A DNA stretch of 64,000 bases. Origin: a virus. Its lineage: Duplodnaviria; Heunggongvirae; Uroviricota; Caudoviricetes. This document shows positions 1-8,322 of the stretch, in pieces. The DNA is taken from the IMG/VR virus record IMGVR_UViG_3300043429_000511, positions 1 through 64,000 of that record; one strand, written 5' to 3'. The first letter of the stretch is position 1. Each line of letters opens with the position of its first letter. Under the pieces are notes generated by a model. That model was not told where the DNA came from and made no database searches. It saw nothing but the letters and a program-made list of their open reading frames with translations. A program made the translations under genes and the position numbers.

Positions 1-12
1 AAAGAAAAGGTA

Positions 13-282
13 TTGAATATGAATGGTAGTGATTGGGGTGAACCAAATATCAACTACAAAATAGATTGTATCATTACTGATGAAGAACAGGAAATGATTA
101 ACAATTTAATTAAAAGAATTGATGATGAAAGTCAAGACTTTGAAATAGAAGATGCGAGTGGTGAACCAGAGGAAGGTTACAGATGGACAACCAACGAAGA
201 TGAAGATGAAATTGAATTTGAAGGAAACTCTCTCAAAGTACAAGTTGAGAGAAATTATATGACCACAACCCCAAGCGAATAA
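13..282 (+). CDS. hypothetical acidic protein
   Basis: ORF in plus-strand block, Glu/Asp-rich; no recognisable motif. Confidence 0.45.
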   Translation: MNMNGSDWGEPNINYKIDCIITDEEQEMINNLIKRIDDESQDFEIEDASGEPEEGYRWTTNEDEDEIEFEGNSLKVQVERNYMTTTPSE

Positions 283-283
283 T

Positions 284-982
284 ATGAAAATAATAATCAA
301 CAACGTAGAATTTCCTTTTAACGAAGGGTGTCGTTTACTTAAATTGAAGTATGACAAATGTCCAATGAAGGAAATAGAAGATTTTTGGGAAGACATAGTA
401 CCAATGAACTTCAAAGATATTGCGGTAAGTTTTACCAACACCGAACAACGTAGAGTAGGTATCTTATGTTTAGGTTTAGAAAAATTGGTGAGTGAAGTAA
501 ATCCAAGACTGATTAAATCTGAAACCATAAAAAAAGAAACCACTTGGGTTGATGAGAATGGTGTACTACAAAATCATAAGTTCAACGACACTTATGAACT
601 ATACGAAGTAGATGGTAGTATATGGGGTGAAAATCAAAGAGGTTGGAATGTACGAAATGTTCATTATGTAAAATGTAAGGACACTTCAACTGACAGAGAG
701 TATTTCCTTTGGATAAATGCGTCAGATGTATTTACTTCCAATAACTCAATGACAGGTTCAAGACACTTGGGAGTGAGTAGTTCTGAAAACTATGGTAATC
801 TTATCACACCAATCCAATCAATCGCTTGGACAATCCAAACTGATATTAAAGAAGGTGGTATTGAGAAAATAGTTAGACAGGGTGATTGTATTCTGATTAA
901 GAAAAAAGATACCGCAGAAACAGGTTTGGTTAGACACTTAACTGAAAAAGAGTACCGAACCCTGTTGGTGTTAGAAAGTTAA
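284..982 (+). CDS. hypothetical protein
   Basis: 232-aa ORF starting 1 nt after previous stop; followed by hairpin+T-run. Confidence 0.5.
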   Translation: MKIIINNVEFPFNEGCRLLKLKYDKCPMKEIEDFWEDIVPMNFKDIAVSFTNTEQRRVGILCLGLEKLVSEVNPRLIKSETIKKETTWVDENGVLQNHKFNDTYELYEVDGSIWGENQRGWNVRNVHYVKCKDTSTDREYFLWINASDVFTSNNSMTGSRHLGVSSSENYGNLITPIQSIAWTIQTDIKEGGIEKIVRQGDCILIKKKDTAETGLVRHLTEKEYRTLLVLES

Positions 983-1007
983 TGTTCATAGGTTTAATTG
1001 TTAGAAA

Positions 1008-1036
1008 GACCTCAACGAAAGTTGGGGTTTTTTTTA
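1008..1036 (+). terminator. rho-independent terminator
   Basis: cctcaac-gaaa-gttgggg stem-loop followed by T9 run just after stop of 284..982. Confidence 0.6.
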
Positions 1037-1062
1037 TGTCCAACATTTCCGACGCCGGGCTG

Positions 1063-1100
1063 CACTGTCGAATGTTCAACGGCTTAAAGCTGTAAGACAT
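1063..1100. repeat. GC-rich repeat element (type A: CACTGTCRAATGTTCAACGGCTTA)
   Basis: near-identical 24-mer also at 4831..4854; core AATGTTCAACGGC shared with 2644.., 5212.., 3396.. Confidence 0.7.
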
Positions 1101-1153
1101 CTGACCAATGCAGCGCTGCGCTGTTAAAATGCTCAGATTTGCTTATTAATGCA

Positions 1154-1187
1154 TAAAAAAAGAACCCCACCATTTCTGATGAGGTTC
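1154..1187 (-). terminator. putative rho-independent terminator (minus strand)
   Basis: A-run then gaacc..ggttc hairpin downstream of 1228..1599 3' end. Confidence 0.4.
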
Positions 1188-1227
1188 AACTTACTAACTA
1201 ACCATCCACAGGGGGAAACACACTATA

Positions 1228-1599
1228 TTAAATCGTACCTTCTATTCCGTGTATTTTTTTCGTAATACGTTTACCTTTCTTTTCGTAGTTCTCGTATCCG
1301 ATAAGGAAGTTGTTTTTTTGAGTCCCGATTAAACAAGAGCCTTCAACTTTAACGTTACCATAGTTTACTTTTAACTGCTTCATAAAATTGTTAAAAGATT
1401 TTTCTAACTTACGGCCAATAACATCTGACGGAGGCACAGGTGCATTTTCAATTCGGTAATGAGTTCCTATTCTTGAAAATTTAATTCCGTACATTGCCTT
1501 CTTGTTAAAGTTAGGAACACTCTGATTTAAACAATCTCTCATAGAATCCAGCGACTTCTTTAAAGCGTCGGTGGTGTCTTTTCTTGGTTTTTGTATCAT
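1228..1599 (-). CDS. hypothetical protein
   Basis: 123-aa ORF, convergent with upstream plus-strand genes. Confidence 0.45.
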   Translation of the reverse strand: MIQKPRKDTTDALKKSLDSMRDCLNQSVPNFNKKAMYGIKFSRIGTHYRIENAPVPPSDVIGRKLEKSFNNFMKQLKVNYGNVKVEGSCLIGTQKNNFLIGYENYEKKGKRITKKIHGIEGTI

Positions 1600-1748
1600 A
1601 ACTTTTCAGTTTGTTTCCACAAAGGTAAGGGTATAATGTGGAAAAACAAAAAATATAAAAAAAATATTAACAATAATTTGGATTATCAAAGTAATAGATG
1701 TATATTTGTACTCAGGATATTTATCTATAAACATATAAACATCTGATT

Positions 1749-2549
1749 ATGAAATTAACTGATATACTTAACGAGAGTCCTCAAAGGGAAGTTGGTGAGG
1801 GTGGTTTCTCCCGAGTAATGACTACTATGAGAGGAGCAATCCCTAAAATCAAGACCATAGGAATTTTAACCGCAGAAAATCCTTGTGCACAAAAATTAAC
1901 TCCACAAGAGAATAATGTAAGAAATGCCAAACTCGAAAAGATTTTAGGTAGTTACTTATTTGGATACAGGAAGGTAAAGGGGAAGTATGGTAATATGGAA
2001 AATAGTTTCCTGGTGAATAACATTACAAAGAGTCAGTTAATGCAACTCGGTGATGAGTTTGTTCAAGAGAGTATTATCTTTGGTGATTACTTTGAAGAAG
2101 GTGATAAGTACGGAATGGTGTTTAGTATGATTAGAACTCATACCTGTGATAGTGATGAACCTGTTGGTACCATTATGGGACAGAGAAAGGTGTTCATTGA
2201 TAGAAACAATGAGGATGACTTCTACTCCGAGATAAAAGGAAGAAGATTCCAAATCCCATTCTTTGAAGTTCCAACCTTCGACGACGAGAAAGGTACGATA
2301 ACAGGTAAAGAGTTTGGGAAAATCTATGACACTCATTATGACGATGCCGAGTTTGATGGTAAGGGTGGTGAGATTAAAGGCTCGTATAGAACCTATCCAT
2401 CTAAATCAAATGCTCCTGATAAGTTATCTGATGAGGACAAAGAAAAGATAGAGAAGTTAAATGAACAATCGTTGGACGAGTCAAAGACATTAAAGTCTCA
2501 ATGGGAAAAGAGAGGTAGGATTGTGAATATCCTTAACAAATATATGTAA
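1749..2549 (+). CDS. hypothetical protein
   Basis: 266-aa ORF, acidic C-terminus; followed by terminator. Confidence 0.5.
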   Translation: MKLTDILNESPQREVGEGGFSRVMTTMRGAIPKIKTIGILTAENPCAQKLTPQENNVRNAKLEKILGSYLFGYRKVKGKYGNMENSFLVNNITKSQLMQLGDEFVQESIIFGDYFEEGDKYGMVFSMIRTHTCDSDEPVGTIMGQRKVFIDRNNEDDFYSEIKGRRFQIPFFEVPTFDDEKGTITGKEFGKIYDTHYDDAEFDGKGGEIKGSYRTYPSKSNAPDKLSDEDKEKIEKLNEQSLDESKTLKSQWEKRGRIVNILNKYM

Positions 2550-2582
2550 GATTGTTTTTTAGTGGTGATTTAATCGAAGAAG

Positions 2583-2609
2583 GGTGGACAGAGATGTTCA
2601 CCTTTTTTT
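2583..2609 (+). terminator. rho-independent terminator
   Basis: ggtggaca-gaga-tgttcacc 8-bp stem then T7. Confidence 0.65.
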
Positions 2610-2641
2610 GTGATATAACGCAGGGGCCCTTTGCGCTAAGT

Positions 2642-2684
2642 CCAATGTTCAACGGCTAAGAATCAAAAGCCGTTAGACTTGTGG
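2642..2684. repeat. GC-rich repeat element (type B: CCAATGTTCAACGGCTAMGAAYCAAAARCCGTTAGACWT)
   Basis: ~40 nt near-identical to 5212..5255; contains inverted repeat aacggct/agccgtt. Confidence 0.7.
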
Positions 2685-3018
2685 GATTACCAGGCAAACG
2701 CTGGAGCAATCTGGTTTATTGCGCATATTCACCAGTTTTTCTTTAGCGCAACGCAGCGCAAATCCAAAGGATGTCATACGGCTATTGTGCCGTTAAACTT
2801 TTTAAAAAAATATAAAGAAATATTTGGTTTAGGTCCCATAATGTATTACCTTTACACTGTTATAAAAAAAACGACCCTATGTGGAAGATTTTCAAAACAG
2901 CAATTAAGATTACCCTGACAGTCTGGTTAATAAAATCCATATGGAAAGATATTGGACCGGATGAGATGGATAAGCTTAAATCAGTATTCAAACAAATCAA
3001 TTAAAAACAAACACAATT

Positions 3019-3528
3019 ATGGCAAGAAACAACAGACTTATTGACGTCGTGTTCGCAAACGTCGTAGGTAATGACGAACGTGTGAGTCAGTACGAGAAAT
3101 TCCTGGCAACAGACAAAGCACTTGGAATTCAGGAGACGGATGACATCAAAGATGCAAAGAGACTTTACAGTTCCATCCTAAGGAATAACAAGACTGTATT
3201 GGACGAACTTGCAAAACTTGAAGAATCAATTGTACAGTTAAGATGTCGTGAGCAAGTGCTCAGTGATTTTAAATTGTCCAAGGTACGTGAATACATCTAT
3301 GCTAGAGCTTTATTCTTCAGACCCGGTCGTGAGGTGAAAGATATCCGTGTAGTAGTTGGCCGAACAGATGTATACGGGGAGGACCTTCAGGACCTAATGT
3401 TCAACGGCGACTTTATGACAATTGCTCGAAACAAGTTATCGGAAGCAATGGATGTGGAGATTGCAGAAAACAAATACTACATCAGAAACCTGAAGTCTAA
3501 GTATGGGGAAAAAATGTTAGTAAAATAA
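3019..3528 (+). CDS. hypothetical protein
   Basis: 169-aa ORF; contains 13-nt copy of repeat core at 3396..3408. Confidence 0.5.
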   Translation: MARNNRLIDVVFANVVGNDERVSQYEKFLATDKALGIQETDDIKDAKRLYSSILRNNKTVLDELAKLEESIVQLRCREQVLSDFKLSKVREYIYARALFFRPGREVKDIRVVVGRTDVYGEDLQDLMFNGDFMTIARNKLSEAMDVEIAENKYYIRNLKSKYGEKMLVK

Positions 3529-3540
3529 ATCTAGTATTTT

Positions 3541-3590
3541 TTGGAATATTCTAGAATATATTTTAATTTACACCCATAAACAAATGACAT
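3541..3590 (+). promoter_or_regulatory. putative Bacteroidota-type promoter with TTTGGAATATTC motif
   Basis: TTTGGAATATTCTAGAATAT upstream of 3591 start; shares atctagtatttttt with 23521 region. Confidence 0.35.
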
Positions 3591-3959
3591 ATGGTCGGAT
3601 ACAATACGGGAGCAGCAGATTACCTCCAAGAAATCAAGGTCCTAAGGGACAAGATGCATTGTGAAATAGTTCAGGAAGCCACAGTTAAGACATTCACCAA
3701 GGAAGACTCGACGGATGGTATCCTACTATTGGATGAACCTTTCAGGTTTTACTTTAAACTTGAGGAGGGATATCCTGAGGAAAGGTATGTTGTGGCAATC
3801 GACTGTAACACCGGTGTAGTTATATGTGAAGATATAAATTGCCGTAGCAAATTTTTTAGGTACACTGACTTGACTCTTGATGAGTTAGGTCAGTTGCATA
3901 AATCCATCGTGATTAATAAAGAATATAAATTTACGTTGTATGACGAACAAACGTTATAA
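3591..3959 (+). CDS. hypothetical protein
   Basis: 122-aa ORF. Confidence 0.45.
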   Translation: MVGYNTGAADYLQEIKVLRDKMHCEIVQEATVKTFTKEDSTDGILLLDEPFRFYFKLEEGYPEERYVVAIDCNTGVVICEDINCRSKFFRYTDLTLDELGQLHKSIVINKEYKFTLYDEQTL

Positions 3960-4335
3960 GGTCAGGTTCAACCTCGGGAGAGGGCAGAACTATATGAAGT
4001 GGAAGGTAGTGGACCCTAAGGGGACGACCTCGTATTACTTCCCGACCGGTGTACAGCTCCGTATGACGGGATGCACTTTAAAGAACAATAAGGCTGCAGC
4101 AAAAAGAATCTACCGTGGAGAATCCAACAAAGTAGTTTGTGCTTGGGTCCTATGTGAGAAGCTGGACTTAGTAACTGAAGAGTTTGTACAGCCGGTTACC
4201 AACAGGTTGAAGTTCAACCCACGTACAGCTCCGAACTGGCAGCTCAAACAGGGACCTGATATCTTAAATGCGGATGACGAGTACTTCAACGAAATCACAA
4301 CAGTGGATTATCGATTATACATAACTAAAGAATAA
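3940..4335 (+). CDS. hypothetical protein
   Basis: 131-aa ORF overlapping previous by 20 nt. Confidence 0.45.
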   Translation: MTNKRYKVRFNLGRGQNYMKWKVVDPKGTTSYYFPTGVQLRMTGCTLKNNKAAAKRIYRGESNKVVCAWVLCEKLDLVTEEFVQPVTNRLKFNPRTAPNWQLKQGPDILNADDEYFNEITTVDYRLYITKE

Positions 4336-4340
4336 CTGCT

Positions 4341-4658
4341 ATGACTAACAGGGAAAAATTAAAAGAACTACAAATTAATATGGTTCGAGGAGTAATCGAC
4401 CATATGAGGATTAACAACCTTGCTGAGGTTGAATTCCACACTGCCTTCAGAATTGACGTCGAGGAATTTTGGGCTGATGACTATCAGATGGTACCCAAGA
4501 TGGTGATTGGATTAAATGCATTAGGTGAACTATACTTGGATGACGGTGGGGTAGTTCCCATTGGACAAGCATATGCTCACGAGATTGCATATACTCTTGA
4601 CCAGCTCGAGCAGAAAAAATATCAGGTAAATGAATATGAAACTGTACCGGACAAGTAA
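4341..4658 (+). CDS. hypothetical protein
   Basis: 105-aa ORF. Confidence 0.45.
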   Translation: MTNREKLKELQINMVRGVIDHMRINNLAEVEFHTAFRIDVEEFWADDYQMVPKMVIGLNALGELYLDDGGVVPIGQAYAHEIAYTLDQLEQKKYQVNEYETVPDK

Positions 4659-4830
4659 AATGTTTAACAGCTATGGAAGAAAATAAAAACAATGAAGAAA
4701 TGTTCACATCAGATGAAGTGGACTTTATAGTAAAGGAAGTAAGAGACTACCAAGCAAATATTGGTATACTCATTGCTGTGGCAGTAATGGGCTTGTTATT
4801 CTTGAGGGACTATTTCCTCAGATGACAGCT

Positions 4831-4854
4831 CACTGTCAAATGTTCAACGGCTTA
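4831..4854. repeat. GC-rich repeat element (type A)
   Basis: cactgtcaaatgttcaacggctta, 23/24 identical to 1063..1086; 20 nt upstream of 4874 start. Confidence 0.7.
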
Positions 4855-4873
4855 TTAACTAAACAAACATAAG

Positions 4874-5080
4874 ATGAAAACTTTTTTAACTAAACTCGGG
4901 TGGTGGTTCGATTATTATTTTGCGTACTTTTTATACCACCCAACTAAGAGGAAACGCTACCACCGTTATATGTTCCACAAGTATGGGAAAGTATATAACG
5001 AACGTTGTCCTGATTGTCACAAGGAGGAATCCTCTTACGAGAATCTGGAACAACATCGTCGTGGACGTTCAAAGTATTAG
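4874..5080 (+). CDS. small Cys/His-containing protein
   Basis: 68 aa, CPDCH motif; overlaps alternative-frame ORF 4920..5447. Confidence 0.35.
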   Translation: MKTFLTKLGWWFDYYFAYFLYHPTKRKRYHRYMFHKYGKVYNERCPDCHKEESSYENLEQHRRGRSKY

Positions 5081-5082
5081 TA

Positions 5083-5447
5083 TGAAAATCTTTTTAACTA
5101 TTGCCACCGTCTCGGTCTCATTAGGAATTCTGTATCCCCCGTGGGGGACACAGTTCCTTTTAGTTGCAGTATTAAATCTGTGTCTCTATCTGATGGACCT
5201 GAAGACGAAACCCAATGTTCAACGGCTACGAACCAAAAAGCCGTTAGACATCAAGCCTCCACCGTCGGGACCAGTACCTCCTCCTGATTTTCCCTACGTC
5301 CAAGACGTTTTAAAGGGTTTGTCAAATATCGGGATAAAGAAGTCCGAAGCCGTTAGACTTGTATTACAGGTCCGTCGGGACAATCCGTCCCTACGGGACA
5401 CAGGGGAAATCCTGAAAAGGTGTATTACTTTATCTTACCGTAAATAA
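5083..5447 (+). CDS. possible membrane/proline-rich protein (doubtful)
   Basis: internal Met of ORF 4920..5447 gives hydrophobic N-term; but ORF contains two copies of the intergenic repeat, so may be non-coding. Confidence 0.2.
5212..5255. repeat. GC-rich repeat element (type B)
   Basis: ccaatgttcaacggctacgaaccaaaaagccgttagacatcaag; half-copy at 5346..5362. Confidence 0.7.
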
Positions 5448-5509
5448 TTTTGGCGGATTTGACTTTGTCATTTTTTAGGGTTATATTTTATATATAAACA
5501 TTTAAAGAA

Positions 5510-5701
5510 ATGGCAAACAAAACCACAACCCAGAAAAAGTCTCGTCGCACACCCGTAACAACTTACGTTCCTGTGGCGAGCAATGTGTACTTCGACGGTA
5601 CGTCATACCGTGTACGCGTTATTAAGAATGGCGTTCGCAACAGCAAGAATTTTTCTTCTAAGCGTGCAGCTTTACAATACCGCAAACAGTTGTTAGGTTA
5701 A
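5510..5701 (+). CDS. small basic DNA-binding protein, AP2-like
   Basis: YRVRV..NG....K.F.S...A...R (YRG/RAYD-like pattern of AP2/HNH-associated domains); Lys/Arg-rich. Confidence 0.4.
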   Translation: MANKTTTQKKSRRTPVTTYVPVASNVYFDGTSYRVRVIKNGVRNSKNFSSKRAALQYRKQLLG

Positions 5702-6238
5702 TCCCCACAACTCGACGTATGACTAAAATCCTTCGGAATCCCCGAGGGATTTTTTTATGCCCCGAAGGGGATGTGCTACGTCACGACAAAGGAGTGTATG
5801 ACTGAATTAGCCGTATGACATTGTTTAATTCTGTTTAACTAAACCCCCGAAACATTAAACAAAGTATGGGACCTCCCTACGGTCGGTCCCGACAGGAAAC
5901 TGACGTACTACGTCACGACAAAGGAGTGTATGACGACATATATGTGTATATGTATGTGTACAAATTGTGGATATAAATGTATGACCTTTATAAAAAAATA
6001 AAAAACGGGTCGTGATTCGCGGACAGGACAATCCCCCACATATTACCACTTTTCCCCACTTTATCCCCAAAACTGGTTTCTCTGTATTACGAGGGGGAAT
6101 TTTAGGGTGTAATACCTATATATCAATATAAAAATATATTACGATAAAATGTATGACAGAATGTCTGGTATTTTAGGGGTATTTTCTAGTAAAATTCTAG
6201 AACCTGACATAATTGGTCGGTCCCTTTCGGGACCTCCC
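5700..6238. repeat. non-coding iteron region (6x GTATGAC, 27-bp direct repeat at 5776..5802 and 5908..5934)
   Basis: direct reading; convergent end of plus and minus transcription blocks; TGTGTATAT and TGTGGATAT (DnaA-box-like) at 5941-5966; hairpin ggtccc-tttc-gggacc at 6219..6234. Confidence 0.6.
5736..5758 (+). terminator. rho-independent terminator
   Basis: aatcccc-gag-ggatt hairpin + T7 35 nt after stop of 5510..5701. Confidence 0.6.
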
Positions 6239-6685
6239 TTAACGGGGAAAATTTAAATGTATCCTTTGTACACTACCGGGTTTATATAGACAACCTCTTC
6301 TAGTTCTATATCCTTGTTCATTCAGTAAATTACTAATTTTACTATAGTGAACTTTACCATTACTCTTAATAAAGTCATCGATAAATTCCTTACATATCTT
6401 CCAATTCTCATTCTCTAATCTATTCCTCTTTATAGACTCAAGACTTTTTTTCTTAGCTTCTTTTGTGAGATTTTCAGGGGAACCCAATATAACTCCTCTA
6501 TCCTTTGCACGTTTTAATCCTTCCTTAGTAAGTCTCTTATGATTTGTAAAATCCCTTCCGTGAACCTTTCCGTGACAAACCTCACATAATGGAATAGTCT
6601 TAGTTCCCCCTTTTACTTTAGGAACTACGTGGTGATTATGTATATTCTCCACCGAATCACATTCAAAACATTTAATAATATTCAT
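6239..6685 (-). CDS. HNH homing endonuclease
   Basis: N-terminal HNH motif CFEC...HHVVP...PLCEVCHGKVH; C-terminal HTH-like region. Confidence 0.8.
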   Translation of the reverse strand: MNIIKCFECDSVENIHNHHVVPKVKGGTKTIPLCEVCHGKVHGRDFTNHKRLTKEGLKRAKDRGVILGSPENLTKEAKKKSLESIKRNRLENENWKICKEFIDDFIKSNGKVHYSKISNLLNEQGYRTRRGCLYKPGSVQRIHLNFPR

Positions 6686-7977
6686 ATGTAATTTAACCTT
6701 TTCATTGTGTTATTTCTTATGTCTCTAATTACCCTTAATAATTGTACATAAGTTCTTCCTTTATATCTTTCTAATAGTTCTTTTGGGGGAGCAGTTCGTT
6801 TTGGAATATTCTTTACAATTTCCTTTAGTTCTATCAATTCTTCATTAGAGAATATTGTCTTTTTCTTTGTTGAGTTAAACAAAGATGATTTTATTTTTTG
6901 TTCACACCCGCAAGATGTTGCATTACCCATTCTTAAAGAATTTAACGATATGTCCTTTACAGTCCCACAATCACATTTACATTTCATTGTCCTTTTCTCA
7001 ATACCTGATTTTAAAACTTTAGGTTCCGACTCCGAAATTACCGTTAGTTTGTTATATCGAGTACCCGGTTCGATTTGTAATTTATACCTACCAATTATAC
7101 CGTTATATCTCGGGACAATTACTATATCCTTTTCCATATAGGGTACAATCGGATTTGCCCACAGTGTACAAATATCGGGTATCTTATATCCTTTACTTCC
7201 ATTCTGTTCTACCCAGGTCGGAGATAGGTTTTGGTAGTAACATAATCTATTAATCATTTCAACATCTTCTCCTGCAGCATCCAATGGAATAACGTGGTCA
7301 AGGTTCCAAACCGTTCCATAGTTATCCCAATTCATCCCACTTAAAAATTGTCTCTCAATAAACTCCTTTACCGTAAAGAAATCTACACCTAATAACTTCT
7401 CAGTTTTAGTATCCTTTTTAATCCATTCCCTGTGTTTTCTCTTAAACGCTGAATTGGTTAACTTTCTTAGGGAATCTTTTACTCTTCGATACTCACAAGA
7501 TTTAACAGCTTCCAATTCTTTTTTATAGTCTCTTATCCTATTTTTGTAATGTTCCTTAAATTTATCCGTATTCTTAATTCTATGATAATACTCAGATTTT
7601 TTATTTAATAGTTGTTCCCTGAATTTAGGGTCATCCCTATACCTCTTATCTATTTTACTTTTACATTCTTTACAATAAGATTGAATTCCTCCGAAATTAG
7701 ATTTTAATTTACTGTAGTCATTATAGGGTTTAATTATATCACACCCCGGACATTTTTTCAGTTGTTGTTTATGTAATTCCAATTTTAGTAAGTATTCCTC
7801 GGTGGGAGGTTTAAATTTTAACCTATAACCCACCATACATTCATTACACTTACTTTGATATCTTTTATCAAATGGTCTATTGTAGAAATTAGATAAATCT
7901 TTAATTAGATTACATACTGTACACCTTTTCTTTCCTTCAGAAAATAATTTATAATACTCAGCTCTTTTACCTTTCAT
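6682..7977 (-). CDS. HNH endonuclease with multiple zinc-ribbon repeats
   Basis: WNLDHVIPLDAAG...NLSP HNH core; several CxxC pairs; overlaps downstream HNH by 4 nt. Confidence 0.65.
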   Translation of the reverse strand: MKGKRAEYYKLFSEGKKRCTVCNLIKDLSNFYNRPFDKRYQSKCNECMVGYRLKFKPPTEEYLLKLELHKQQLKKCPGCDIIKPYNDYSKLKSNFGGIQSYCKECKSKIDKRYRDDPKFREQLLNKKSEYYHRIKNTDKFKEHYKNRIRDYKKELEAVKSCEYRRVKDSLRKLTNSAFKRKHREWIKKDTKTEKLLGVDFFTVKEFIERQFLSGMNWDNYGTVWNLDHVIPLDAAGEDVEMINRLCYYQNLSPTWVEQNGSKGYKIPDICTLWANPIVPYMEKDIVIVPRYNGIIGRYKLQIEPGTRYNKLTVISESEPKVLKSGIEKRTMKCKCDCGTVKDISLNSLRMGNATSCGCEQKIKSSLFNSTKKKTIFSNEELIELKEIVKNIPKRTAPPKELLERYKGRTYVQLLRVIRDIRNNTMKRLNYI

Positions 7978-7992
7978 TCTTATTAAATTATA

Positions 7993-8253
7993 CTACCAAT
8001 ACTTCTTATGTACAGGTCTAAAATAACATAAACCCCTTTCATCATATCTAAACCCATTCTTCTTTAGATACTGTTTGATAGTTTGATGTCTAGTGTCAGT
8101 CCCCCCGATTCCCTTCCAAGACGACTTTATATCAATATAAACCCACATATACTCCATTATATTGGGATGAACAACTACCAATGTGTTAAGGTAAACTCCC
8201 TTCATCTCCGTATAGGGTTTCAGATACTCCAATACTTCTTTGTTTGTTTTCAT
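7993..8253 (-). CDS. small GIY-YIG-like protein (tentative)
   Basis: KGVYL...VYID....R..H pattern reminiscent of GIY-YIG; 86 aa. Confidence 0.3.
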   Translation of the reverse strand: MKTNKEVLEYLKPYTEMKGVYLNTLVVVHPNIMEYMWVYIDIKSSWKGIGGTDTRHQTIKQYLKKNGFRYDERGLCYFRPVHKKYW

Positions 8254-8257
8254 ACGG

Positions 8258-8289
8258 TAAAGATATGATATATTCTTGTATATTCCAAA
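8258..8289 (-). promoter_or_regulatory. Bacteroidota-type promoter (TTTG-N20-TAtcTTTA-N4-ATG)
   Basis: read on minus strand upstream of 8253 start; TTTGGAATAT extended -33. Confidence 0.5.
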
Positions 8290-8322
8290 TAATATTCAAT
8301 CCTCCCCCCGCCGGAACCGGGT

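Noticed and set aside
106-543. Minus-strand 145-aa ORF
   Set aside because: It overlaps two plus-strand genes on the opposite strand. Like the other antisense ORFs in the track that overlap longer genes with recognisable motifs or consistent operon orientation, it is treated as spurious.
2679-2918. 79-aa plus-strand ORF
   Set aside because: It lies in an intergenic region built from the repeat element and Ala/Arg GC-rich sequence, with no promoter or RBS context. It is probably non-coding.
1063-5362. Possible CRISPR array from recurring AATGTTCAACGGC-containing repeats
   Set aside because: The copies are irregularly spaced (1.5-2.2 kb apart), belong to two subtypes, and are separated by protein-coding genes. 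There are no uniform spacers and no cas genes.
4920-5447. 175-aa ORF as a confident gene
   Set aside because: It overlaps the 4874..5080 ORF in another frame and contains two copies of the intergenic GC-rich repeat. It is kept only as a low-confidence shortened CDS.
5941-5966. Bona fide host-type oriC from two DnaA-box-like 9-mers
   Set aside because: Only two 8/9 matches are present and there is no AT-rich DUE-plus-box cluster. It is reported as a hypothesis only.
6239-6685. Serine recombinase/integrase (C-terminal region of the HNH protein looks like a resolvase HTH)
   Set aside because: There is no catalytic serine-recombinase N-domain. The N-terminus is a clear HNH nuclease motif. No att-like flanking repeats define an integrated element.
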